Counted from the first letter of the whole stretch, positions 1 through 12,381 are shown. The stretch is 53,865 nt of DNA, filler included, from Sluysia triapertura (GCA_046118255.1; 4 parts of 4 records of this genome joined end to end with filler, not necessarily neighbours in it); one strand, 5' to 3'. The notes: a model not told the origin generated them from the letters alone. Numbers and translations: made by a program.

Positions 1-112
1 CCGATCTTAGTTTTCGTTATAGTTACAAAGGTAGAACATAATAAAATTAAACTTAGTATACTAACTATTGAAATTATTAAGATTTAAACTGAACAAGGTA
101 TTAATAGTGAAT

Positions 113-499
113 TTAATATTTGACAAGTTTTAAAGACGCAACAGAATGAGTAAAATTGGGATATTCTGAAGCACAAAAGTGTGAAATGATGGAATCCATA
201 GAGGGATACTGCAAACCTACTACTTCCTCACTAAGTATTTTCTGAATCACGGTTGAAGGTTTCCTATCATAGTTTTTGAGAAGAAGGAAAGTTGATATGG
301 AAGGATCAGGCGCTTTCGCATGAAATTTCCTTCCTATTCTATGGTGCTGATTTTGTTCTGGTGGAATGTTGTTCTTTTTTGATTTAAGCATAGAAAACTC
401 AGCATGATGGTCAGTTTCCAAGGCAGAAGTAGAGTCAGTAGCATCACAGGACAGAAGAGAAATGGCTTGGAGTAGAATTAGATGAATTTGGAAAACCAT
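113..499 (-). mobile_element. Possible remnant of a non-LTR retrotransposon ORF (region just N-terminal to the RT, R2/NeSL-like)
   Basis: GC-richer ORF; NYDRKPSTVIQKILSEEVVGLQYPSMDSIISHF resembles the 'LY..N....V..IL.....P....I..HF' block preceding RLE-clade RTs; no RT core follows. Confidence 0.3.
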
Positions 500-544
500 T
501 TTCGCGTTCTTCTTCGATGGGCGTGATTCACATGATTTTTAATT

Positions 545-620
545 CTCTACCCACTGAGCCATCAGCCCCGTCTAACAATTTTATTTTATTATTATAGTCA
601 ATATTTACTTGGTACTTTAG
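545..620 (-). repeat. tRNA-containing dispersed repeat, partial copy A
   Basis: ctctacccactgagccatcagccccgtctaacaatttt...atagtcaa matches copies at 7343, 7550, 11943 and 38377. Confidence 0.75.
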
Positions 621-2244
621 ATCTTTAAGTGATATAAACCTCAAAAAATATTTTAAATACGCACATTCTTATTGAAAATCCTATTAAAATGAATTTAAAA
701 TAATAGAGTTAAATTATATAGCCTTAATCTCCTAAAATCAATTGTTTATTGTAATTCTTCAAGTCAGTTAAATACTACGATAAAATCTTATTTACCTAGC
801 TAGCTGAGAGTAGAAGTTGATAGAATTCCAACTAAATCCACATTGTAACTACAAGACAATTATATAATCTATTGTGTGTGTGTGTTGTGACCAACTTTAT
901 CATTCGAAATTTCGTATATACTAAAATACTTTTTAGTTCACAATTCAATAACATTAAAATCATTATAACATCAAAATATTTAAATCTTTATTGAAAATCA
1001 TTAAATTTAGATTTTAAATTTAGTTTAAAATAATAATTTAAATGGAATTTCTTTTTCACACATCTAACGTCACAAAATTTTCTTTACAATTTCTCTTTTC
1101 TTCATTTTATTATTATCCTTTCTTTTTCTCATTATATAAAAATTCATCTTATTCCAACGCATAAATTTTCATCAACAATCATTTTATAACGCAGAATTAA
1201 TTTTTAAGAATAAAATAGTAAGAATTAAATCTAAACAAATTTATTCTAAAGAAAAGAAGTTTCATTTCAAGGATAAAGATAAAGAAATATGTTAAGAAAA
1301 AGAACTAATGTTAAAAAGAAACATAAATATTTAAAGAATAGATACATATGTTGTGTTAAGAAATTTTGAAAGAAAAAGAATTCAATTTTATTAAGAAAAT
1401 ATCTTTATGTACATTTATGCATTTTATCCTATTTTATTTTCTTATTATTTTCTTATTATTATTATTTATTTTAATTTTATTTCGTTATTATTAATTATTA
1501 TATTAATTTCATTTTATTAATTATTATTATTTCTATTATCATTTTATCATCATTAATGATTATTATTTGCATTATCATTACCATCATTATTACTCTAATT
1601 CATTACTTCATACTATCAAGCTCGACAGTTACTATCCAAAATCAATTTCAATACTGCCATCATTGACAGCCACTTTTCCTTAACATATATCAATCGTGTA
1701 GTAACAGTACTACTACAAAATCTGCATACCTATTGGCTATCCAGGGTTGGTAATTCTTTAATATAACATCATTGGCCAACTAATATGATCACAATTATTA
1801 TTAGATAGCTCAATTATTGAGACACAATAACAATAGATTAACAATAGATTATAAAACTTTTCGACAATTAATTTAAACTGAATTTTATTAAAAGTTTTTA
1901 TGATTCCCAAATTTAGATTTCAGACTCAATTTTTATAATTATTATGATATCAAAAATTTTAGTAAAGGAAAGATAGTTGTCATCCTCAATTAATCTTGTT
2001 AGATTCACAACATGTTTTTCTTATAGCTCAACATCTTAATGGTAAAAGGTTGAAAAATATATTTAATATTCGTGTAAATATTGAGATTCAACATAATTTA
2101 TTCTGTAATTTATAAAGATACATCTTAAATGAGTAATCATGATTTTAAAACAGAACTGGAACTTTTAATTAAACCAGGCAAAAACAATGTTCCAGATGAA
2201 AGGATTGAATTAGTTATTAATGATAGTCATATACACGATGGTAA

Positions 2245-2520
2245 AAAGCTAAAGAAATATTTCATCATTTGGATTCGGACAAAGATAATATGATTAATTT
2301 ATCAGATGTGGAATTATTATATAATACGAAACCTTGTCTGCATAATGAACATCTATATTCTACTCATTTAGTGGACATATTTATGAATAAAAAGCATGAT
2401 TTTAAAGGAAGCAATCGTAAAGAATTAGAGAAGAGTTATATCAAAAATGAAGAACATTTTAAAGAAATAAATGCTATAATCGAACATACTAATGTTTCAT
2501 CCAACATGACATCAACCTAG
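2245..2520 (+). pseudogene. Degenerate coding fragment with an EF-hand-like loop
   Basis: Frame reads KAKEIFHHLDSDKDNMINLSDVELLY (F-x-x-L-DxDxDxxIxxxD); stop immediately upstream. Confidence 0.3.
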
Positions 2521-4321
2521 TATCTGAATTACGATTATGATGAAGATCACTACAAAACTGCACTATGTTTGTTTGGTACAACTAATTTAGGTCTACGCCT
2601 CACATATGGCCGATATGCCCATATGCCTACAACGTACCAGAATTACGTCATCACTTTTTCAATAACAACAATTCTAATACTAACTTAGATCGTATTTATT
2701 AGCTTCATTGGAAACAAAATCAAGTAATTCAAATCCTCCAAATAATAGCGGCATGAATTGTATTAATCATAAAGAACAGTCAATTATGATAAATGACGAA
2801 TCAAAATTAGAACTAACATTTTATTTTATTGAATTTTTAGTCTATAACGATATTTTTGTTTTTTTACTAGGATTATTCCGCATTATGCGACTTGTGGTAT
2901 ACCAAAATGTAATACAACCACCAATTTTATTTAACTAACTAACATTTGATAACATTTTGATCGATTTAATATCTGTCGTAACTAATAAATATCTTAAATC
3001 TTATTTAGTATATTTCCATTTTAAAAGAATTGTAATAAATAAATACTTCGGATGTTACTTTGTACAATTTTATCTTATTCATTTAATAAAAGAAAGTGAT
3101 AAAGTTTTAATTTTGGTCTTTATAAAAGTAATTAAATTAATTAACAATTTAATTAAATATAAAATAATCGATCATATTACATTTAAAACTATAATAATAT
3201 ATAATTTCCCAAAGTATGTTTGTTTCTACTTGGTGCAAAGAACTACACCATTTTTAGAAAGTCTTAAGAATTCTACCTTTAATCATTCGACTTCACTTTA
3301 CTATTTTATACTTCAAAATCATATGGCCCAGCCAATAATTGTGTAAAATTCGGATCACAGGAGAACTCTTAATTATAAAGACAATTAAAGACTTTCATTA
3401 GTAAACCACATCATACAATTACTTATATAATTAAGCCATTTATTATTATATTAATATTAAATTTATTATTTTTATTATATTGTTTATTTATTTAACTATT
3501 ATTATTTTCAATTTATTATTAGTATTATTTATAATTTTTTATTATTAAAATTTATTAATATTAATATTTTAATTGTACAGATTAAATATAAGAATTTCTT
3601 GACTAAATTTGTTAACAACCATAATAGTGAAGTAGCTACATGTTTTAGCTAGAAAGATAATATATGTAATGAAGCATCTCGTCGATTAGAATCAACACAA
3701 ATCAATCATACTAAGTTTTATTAAATTTCACATCATTAACAGTGAATTTAATAATATTATGAAACGTCAAACAATAAACTAGCAAAAACAACTACAGAAA
3801 TCATTCCAGGAAGTTAGATATTTTTGACGTTATTTGTTATGAAATTGATTCTCACGTTTTCATAATTAAATCGTATTTCGATATTTGAAAATGTTTCGCT
3901 AATCAAAATGTTTTGATATTTTTAAATTAATTTCCTAACTTTAATAAATAATTATCTTTTTCAGCCATATTTATTGCTATTCACATTTCAATAAGTACTC
4001 TTTTCAAATTTTAAAAATAAAAATAAACATTTAGAAATGAAGTCTATAAGGTAAAATTTAATTGATCAAATGATTTATTTTTAGCAAAATATAAGTATGC
4101 GTAATTTTAAATATTTCAGTTCATCTGATTGTTATATAATTAAAAATATTTAATTAAACTATAGTAATGTTTAAGTAATTATTATTAATTTAATTTGCAA
4201 TTAAAAGTCTCGTGAATTATTTGTAATCTTTATTAATTGTTTTTTTATGATGTAACGTTTTAATCTATATATTTTATATACAAATATAAATTATTAAATT
4301 TTATTATTTTATTTATTCAAG

Positions 4322-6108
4322 ATGTTAATTTTTGGTCTATTAATTCTTATTTTATTAAATTATGAAATGAATTGTGAACTTGTTCATGTACAGATATTGT
4401 ATCGCCATGCAGACAGGAGTCCTATTTCAATATATAATACTTCTTTAAATCAAGCAGATAAGTGGAAAATGGGTTTGGGTCAATTAACAAATTTAGGAAT
4501 TCGGCAACATTTTGAACTTGGTCGTTGGATGAGAAATCATTATTATAATTTTATAGGTAATAAATATAATCATACATTGTTGTATACAAGAAGTTCTGAT
4601 ATGGATCGTACACTCATGTCTGCAGAATCTAATTTAGCTGGAATGTTTTATAATATTAGTAAAACTCGAATTATTCCTGATCTTAAGTGGCGTCCTATTC
4701 CAGTCCATACAGTGCCAATAGTAATTTGATTTATGTATTTTATGTCGTATTTTAGAATGAAGATTATGTACTACTAGAAGAAGATGTTTGTCATAATTAT
4801 AAAAATTTGCTTAAAAAAGTATATAAATTGCCAAAATATAAAGAAAAATTAAAAAAATATAGCAGTTTATTTAAGTACATATCTAACAATACTGGCATGA
4901 AAATAACGCTGAATAATTTTTGGAAAATTTATGATACTGTATTTTGCGAAAAATCTCATAATATGACAATAAATAGTTGGATTAATAATGAAGTATGGAA
5001 AAATATGACTGAAATAAATGAAATAATATGGGAGGTGAGTATTTTTTGTGGATAAGAATAATTATATTTTAGGCAATGTTTGATAGTAACTTGGGACGTA
5101 TTGCAGCTGGAATGATGCTTCAAAAATTAATCGATCATATGAAATATCACATTCCTAAATATCGTACTGAAAAAAAATTTCAAAATATAAATAAAAAGAT
5201 TTATGATGCATCATTATTATTGTATTTTGGTCACGATACTACAGTGGCTCCATTGGCACGACTATTAATAGGTGATTATACAAAAAACCCTTATAATATT
5301 GCATCATGGCATCCGCCATATGCTTCTGCCATTATTTTAGAACTGCATAAAAATCCTTGGACAGTTAAAGTGTATTATAAACCAGGTCCACCGCATATTC
5401 CAGCCTCAAGTGATACACATTTGAAACCGATTTTAATTGATGGTTGTTCGGATATATCGTGTCCATTTGATGAATTTCTTGATGTTACTAAAAGTAAAAC
5501 AATGACTAGAAAAGAATATGATCAATTGTGTGATAATCAAAAATCAGTGAATAATAAAATTCATGTTAGAAATTACTTTAATAAATATTCTAATAACTTT
5601 ACATATATGTATAAAAATGCCTAATTTTGAAGAAATTATTAATACTAATCTTTAGCATTAAAAAAGCCATTTGAAATTTAAAAATGTTGTGTAATTTGAT
5701 AATGTCGACAAATAAATTATAGTATTATACAATATTATATAATAATAAAATAGAATAACTTTTCTGATAAATTAGTTAATAATAATTAAATTTTTTAACA
5801 TAATATTTTTTGATACATATCATTGTATTCGAAAACTACTGAAATTCGAATTTACAAAATAGATTTATAAAATTAATTTTTGTATTTTCATATGCGATAA
5901 CCTTGAATAGTTGCATATTATGGTAATGAAAGTTACGTACACATATTTTAATGAAATATAATAATTTCAGTTGGTAATACTGATACTGTTGTCTTCGGTA
6001 TTGATATTTTTGGTGCTTATGATACTTTACCAATTTGTGATAATTAAATATCGAAGAAAACACAACATTGATTACAGTCCTCTGATGAACAAGCGTGATA
6101 TCAATTAA
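4322..6108 (+). CDS. ACP2: Lysosomal-type histidine acid phosphatase (ACP2/ACPP family), 435 aa; exons 4322-4720, 4756-5034, 5073-5564, 5971-6108
   Basis: Signal peptide; RHADRSP (RHGxRxP variant); LGQLT.LG; RSSDMDRTLMSA; WRPIPVHT; catalytic GHD; PPYASAIILEL. All introns are GT-AG, phase 0. Last exon encodes TM helix LVILILLSSVLIFLVLMILYQFVII, basic stop-transfer KYRRK and YSPL (Yxx-hydrophobic). Confidence 0.93.
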
Positions 6109-7157
6109 TAAGAAACCGGTTACAAATAATGTCTATTTTATTATTGATTATACAATTTTAAATTTTAAATACGAATTTTTTATGTGGTCTACATCCTTAC
6201 AAATTATTATTAAGTTAATTTTCAATAACTACTGAAATAGTAAACGTAAGGTTAACTCATTAATATCTACAGGCAATTTAATTGATCAACTTATGATATA
6301 CAAACATTTTCTACATGCTTGAGCTAGCATTTTTATAAAAAAAATTAACATTTTAAAATATAAAATAAGTATAAAAGACATGTAAAAATTATCATTAATG
6401 AGTTAAAATATAAAATCATACCAATCAATGACAAAAAACATTTTTTTTAATGAAAAAAAAATTTATTATTTTTTATTTTTATAAGTAATGGATACAGCAT
6501 ATAAAATTTGTATTTTATTTTATTTTTATGATTTTACTTTTTTAACATGGATTTTAAATTGTGATTTTTTGTGTTTTATCTTATGTGTTTTACTTGAATT
6601 TGAGATGCAATTCTTTGAGTTGAAATTCGATCACATTTACATGTTTTATACCGTGTGATTGTCCTGGTTAATGTGTTTTTTTATACAGGACTTCTTTATT
6701 ACGCACTGAACAATGAAACAAAAGAAATAGTGGATGACCTTTTTTGAGCAGTTTTTATAAAATTTTACAATTTTTCTTGGCTATTGCTTTGTTTGAATGC
6801 TTGCATTAGTTCTTGGAATATTAAATTAAGTATTATAAAAATTACTTAATATTACTTAAAATTATTTAATAAAAAATGCCCTAATATTTCTTAAGGCAGC
6901 ACGAAAATAAGATTGTATGACTTTTATACGTAAATGGTCGGTAATTTTCGATTTGTACATTTTTATACAATAAAAATGTTGAAAATTTGCAAAATACGGG
7001 AGATTTTAATTGTACGCCATTATGTCAGACAATATTTCAGTCAGGTGTAATTTTAATTATATAACATTGGCATGAAAATTTAAAAGACACTTTGTATGTA
7101 TTGATTTTTTAGAATTCGTTTGTGCCTCATTTTAAAATTTTATTAATATATATTGTG

Positions 7158-7214
<57 letters not shown>
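7158..7214. repeat. (ATT)19 microsatellite
   Basis: Seen directly. Confidence 0.98.
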
Positions 7215-7342
7215 GTTAAACGTGGTTTTCATTTGCACAATTTAATTTTTGCAGTCTTTGGGCACTATAAAATCAGCATTATTAAGGTTAACAAATTTAT
7301 TTGAAATTATTGACTAACATCGGTGTTAGTGTAACTATTAAC

Positions 7343-7456
7343 AAAATGGACTGACCGGGTGCTCTACCACTGAGCTATCAGCCCCGTCTAACAATTTTTA
7401 GATTATTATAGTCAACCATACCAAATAGCACTTTAGGCCTTTTTACCCCAACATAT
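7343..7456 (-). repeat. tRNA-containing dispersed repeat, copy B (anticodon/T region deleted)
   Basis: Minus strand: atgttggggtaaaaaggcctaaagtgc...ttgttagacGGGGCTGATAGCTCAGTGGTAGAGCAcccGGTCAGTCCAtttt. Confidence 0.85.
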
Positions 7457-7549
7457 CTCACCCATTTCAATTATGTTTGTCCTCAAACATATAAATCATT
7501 AATTCCATATCAGAAGGGTATTCGATATGTGAGCTCACCAAATTTTAGA

Positions 7550-7703
7550 CTTCGTAAAATGGACTGATCGATGATCGAACCCGGGGCCTCTGTCTGCGCA
7601 GTTCGATGCTCTAGCACTGAGCTATCAGGACCGTTTAATGATTTTATTTAATCATAGTCAATTTTATCAAATGGGACTTTAGGCCTTTTTACCTCAACAT
7701 ATC
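7550..7703 (-). repeat. tRNA-containing dispersed repeat, copy C (most complete tRNA-like part, 7560-7631)
   Basis: A box TAGCTCAGTGCTAGAGC, B box GGGTTCGATCA, 3' TCAGTCCA then TTTT; same upstream segment as the other copies. Confidence 0.85.
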
Positions 7704-8786
7704 CTTCAATTATTAAAAATAAATTAATAATATGGGATTTTATTAGTATTTTGCAGGACTAACTTTTTATGATTTTATTTAATATTACAAACAGATTATA
7801 TTTTAAATTATGAAAACAAGTTAAACAATTTGAAACTTTGAATAACTTAATCAACAAACTATTTAACAAATTTGAAACTTTAAATGCTAATAAATTATTG
7901 AACAAAATAGGCTTAAGGCTTTTAAAAACAATTAAATTTTGAAAACAATGAAACAACGTAATTTGATAGAACTTTATTGTATAACAAAAAATAAAAGGTT
8001 TTTATTTTTATTTTAAAGTTTTTAATTTTTGCAAAATTATTATACTTATATTCTTATTATACAACATTTATTTAATACATTTATTTTATCGTAATATAAG
8101 TTGTTAAAATTTTTAGTGATATGAGTTAATTCGTACGAAAAATATCAAATTACACTTACTCCAAAATCAATCGTATTTTGTTAGTTTACTATTCAAATTC
8201 ATTTTTTAAAAGATATTATTTAACTGGGATCCTACGTAAAACCGAATCCGTGACATTATAGCAATAGTTCTTTTGCTAATTTGTTGACATTTTAAAATAG
8301 AAAAAACCTCCAAATATACGTCACTTACGTGTTAGATCTTAAATGAGTAAGTCTAACATCATAAAGAACTCACGTAGACTAAAACCAAACGTAGAGTGAT
8401 AAGTACAATAACAAATCCAAATCTTACAGAATGATTAAAAATTAATTAATTGAATATGATATCATTCTTATGAAAAAGGAAAATATAGAAATGAATTTGA
8501 AGTGCGTTTGTTTGATATGCATGAAATGTATTGATATAAAAGAATTTTCATTGTATAATTGTGATATTTTAAAGAATATATCGAGATTCTAAATTTGTTT
8601 AGTTTAATAATTTAAAGTAAAAGTATAAAAGACAACAAAATCAAAAAAATAACATAAGCTTTAAAAATGATCTATATTCAATGAAATTAATGTGAAATAT
8701 TTAAAATAATTGAAAAAGAAACAAAACTTAGGTTCTTTGCTTTAATTATTCGAAAAACCGAGGTATTATAATGGGAGCAGCTATCA

Positions 8787-9075
8787 TTAGGTTGTCATCA
8801 CAACTCTATAAAATGATTTAAAATTTCATAATAAATTATTTAAAATTATTATTTAAAAATCAATTAAAATCATATAAAATGCTTTAAAACTATTTATAAA
8901 TCTTTAAAATCATTTAAAAAATTATTATTTTCCGAAAAAAGAAAAAATCGGTTCTAAAAATAAAATAAAAGCTTCTAGAATGTTCTAGAAGCTTCTACGA
9001 CATTCCATCGATTTTCATTGGCTGATGACTAGTTTATGAACTGGCATCAGTTTAATGAAAGACGCCATTTTGAAA
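8787..9075 (+). mobile_element. LTR-like repeat family A (HSE-bearing), copy 1; 3' limit uncertain
   Basis: Starts ttaggttgtcatcacaac; AT-rich body; ttcc-aaaaaagaaa motif; HSE array; ATTGG; gacgccattttg; shared with 19012, 25643, 38597 and 43067. Confidence 0.65.
8972..8996. promoter_or_regulatory. Perfect 5-unit heat-shock element
   Basis: cTTCt aGAAt gTTCt aGAAg cTTCt, alternating nGAAn pentamers. Confidence 0.7.
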
Positions 9076-11942
9076 TATCAGTTTAATTTGATTTTCAGCG
9101 TCTTTGTTCGAGGAATTGTGAAATTTTAGCAACTATTCGCAATTCGTAGTAATGCAAGCATTGGAAAGTATCTACTGGACAACACCTAATCTATTCTTAT
9201 ATACTTATGTCAATCAACAAATTACAAACCAATGTCTATAAATAAATTAGGTGTGTAAAAAACAATGTATAGTATTATTGCTATTGTTATATTATATTAT
9301 TATTGTAATTATTGTTTTAAAATTATAAAATTATGTATTATTGAAATTAAAATTTATTTAAAATTAAAATATTTTAATTAAAATTAAAGTTTTATTTTAA
9401 TGAACATTGCAAACAACTATTTGAAGATTTTCGCACAATATTGTTTAGTTAACAGCATTAATTTAAAATTTTTTAAAAGAGCTTTTGTTACGTTTGTTCA
9501 ACTAAAGAAAATTACATTAAATTTCACAATCAAAGGATTTCGTTGAATTATATCTTGGAAGACTAATCACATTGATTTTTATGGTCGAAGAATTATGTTT
9601 TTAAGGGCTAATCGCATTATATTACAAGGAATTTATTCGTTAGAACATTTTTATATAAGGTAAGTCATCTTTTAAATTGGGTTGTAAATTAATACGTAAA
9701 ATTCACATTTTATTTTTTTCGTACGTCCCTTTTAATTTGGGTGTTGTAATATTTAAATTAAATTTTAGTATTAAAAGATTATATAATAATCTGTCAATTT
9801 CATTAATCTTTATCATTTAGATTGTTATTGTTTTTATTAATACTTTTACTAACGTAAATATATCATTTTTAATACATTTTTGTTATAAATTTTGACTAGT
9901 ATAATATAATAAACACTGCTTTTACTCAGACGCAAAATTTAGACAAAATACTTGACGAAATCGAATTAGTAAGGTCATCGTTTTTAGTACATGGTAAGAA
10001 GTTACCCAAATTATCATTTATTAATTCTTCACCATTACTTAAACGAATCCAGAATAATTACCAGTTATTAACATTAAAATACATCAACCTCCAATAACTA
10101 TTACTACTTACGACTTAAGCCTTAAGTGTGTAAGTCTAAGAACGTATGGGACTCACAAATTGACGCTAAAATTTTAAAATATACTTAAATTTCTAATTAT
10201 TTGTAAACTTTTTAAGTTCCCAATACATTGAGAGGTTATATTAACTTAAAATATTTGAGTATTAGATTAAACTCTCTCAAAGCTTTAATCTTTTTACATT
10301 TATTCTCTTGTCTTACTAATATTATTGTTACAATTTTGTATTTTATAAATAAAATCAACGTTTTTTTTATTATTTAATTATTAAAAAATTTAAGCATAGA
10401 TTATTAGTCTTGAGTACTTGAAGGACCCTATATGTAAGATAAATCATACACTCACCAGTTACAGGAACGACCTCTTTACGGCATAATACGTTCACTGTCG
10501 TTTACGTTTACCAGACAAATAAACTTATTAATTGTGGTGGTTAAATATAATTGCAAAAAGAATTAGATCATTGGTTGTTACCGTTTTATAACTTAGATTC
10601 CATTGAAAATATATGTTGATATTTTACATGAAAAATAAATTGAATTAGCAGAATTGTGGCTTACAAAAAAAATAAAATACACAAATATTTATTTATTTAT
10701 TGTTTCATATTTTGTTTTTACTTTTCAAGTTAAATTTTACTTTACGCACTAATGGTATTTTTACTCGATTTGAATATTATTAAAAGAAATAATTCTAAAA
10801 GATGATTACATAAATAAATTTTTTATTACAAGAAATAGGGCAAATAAATAATGTAAACATACTCATTCATAAAGAAACAAAAAATTTTTTACAAATGAGA
10901 TCACATTGAACATCTGGAGCACATTTTTTGTAAACCAATTTCAAATTAACGGGAGTTTTTTCTTCATGTGATTTATATTTTATATTTAGCGTCATCCAAT
11001 GAACCCGAGTGTAAATTTTATTACTTATTTTCTAATAATATTTTACATGAAAATTGTTTTGACTTCCTGAATTTTTATATAAAATATATCAATGTGTTGA
11101 ATATATTATGTGGTTTGAATTTTTTTCCAAAATTTTTAAACATATTTTACAAACATACTTTTTGGGTAGAAGGAAGGTTAAATAAAATTATCACTTAATA
11201 TATAATAAAAAGGTACATTGACGAAATTTTTATGAGCGTTCATTATTTTTGAAAATCTAGTGGGGATATACATAAACAACCCATTAGGCGTGAAATACTT
11301 AAATGAAATATTTTAATATATACAATATTTGTTTCAAACTTATTGTTGTACTTTTAGAAAAACTTTATTGATTATTCTTCACAATAGCACAACTACATTT
11401 TATATAAAACATTGATTTTATTTAATAGTCTAATATGTGTAACTTAATACTGCAAATAGTAAACTAGTATTAGGTTGAAAAATTGTATTCCTTTTATAAA
11501 TCGTGGTGTTGGAATTGTTTGGCATTGGTGAATTTAAATTTTGACCATTATATATTGCATAACATAACTGCGTTTTGGTGAAACCACTGGAAATATGATA
11601 AATATTTATTTATCATCTCAAAAAATTGAAATACTAAGTGAGGAAGATGTTCCCATTAAACAATTATTTATATGCAACAAGTTATTCAAAATTAACAACT
11701 ATTCGAAAACAGATCATCGCTGTTTATGATCATTTTCTAATGATCTGCAAGCTTATTACTAGCAACATTTCATAAAATGCTGCATCATTTGGAAGAAACT
11801 GTAGTAAATGAAAGCAACATCTGGTCTCTAGATGTGGAAGAACTTACATGCCGTTCAATTTTGTTAATAATCTTTTTGGTGGTGTGCGTTATATTGTAGA
11901 AACAAAGCACGTTTTAGATGAACAAGACGTGGATACATTGTT

Positions 11943-12110
11943 ATATGTTGAGATACAGGCCTAAAAATGTGCGATTTAAAATAATTATAATTATAATTAT
12001 TTTATAATTGACTTCAATAAAATAAAATTGTTAGATGGGGCTGATAGTTTAGTGGTCGGAGAATCGAGGTGCACAGCTGTGAAGCGAGTCCCAGTAAGTC
12101 CATTGAACGC
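11943..12110 (+). repeat. tRNA-containing dispersed repeat, copy D
   Basis: atatgttgagatacaggcctaaaaatgtgc...aaattgttagatGGGGCTGATAGTTTAGTGG...AGTCCA. Confidence 0.8.
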
Positions 12111-12206
12111 AAACCACAAAAATATAAAACACACTATTTTAAGATGGTGCAAGAACTTTTTCCTTAATCTATTAAATAAAAATTCTTCTTCAGAATACGT
12201 TTTCGT

Positions 12207-12207
<1 letters not shown>

Positions 12208-12267
<60 letters not shown>
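12208..12267. repeat. (ATA)20 microsatellite
   Basis: Seen directly, next to a gap. Confidence 0.98.
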
Positions 12268-12281
12268 TATTAATTTATATT

Positions 12282-12381
12282 NNNNNNNNNNNNNNNNNNN
12301 NNNNNNNNNNNNNNNNNNNNNNNNNTTAATTAATTAANNNNNNNNNNNNNNNNNNNNNNNNNNNNNNNNNNNNNNNNNNNN
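12282..12381. other. Assembly gap with artificial six-frame stop linker
   Basis: 44 N + TTAATTAATTAA + 44 N. Confidence 0.97.

Noticed and set aside
5836-6063. Minus-strand Y/Q-rich ORF
   Set aside because: Antisense of the phosphatase TM exon
6082-6122. CTGATGA...GAAACCGGTT resembling a Penelope-type hammerhead ribozyme
   Set aside because: Stems I and II do not pair, and the CTGATGA is explained as codons of the phosphatase last exon
7122-7304. Poly-Ile ORFs (also 12028-12273)
   Set aside because: Translations of ATT/ATA microsatellites
7560-7631. Functional tRNA gene call
   Set aside because: Every copy has broken stems or deletions; treated as a repeat
9022-9050. CTGATGA-containing hairpin as a hammerhead
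   Set aside because: CTGATG is itself paired with CATCAG and the core junction cannot form; it is just an imperfect hairpin in the LTR-like repeat
12326-12337. TTAATTAATTAA islands inside N runs (also 25877 and 38808)
   Set aside because: Identical, centred in 100-bp gaps and giving stops in six frames: an artificial linker
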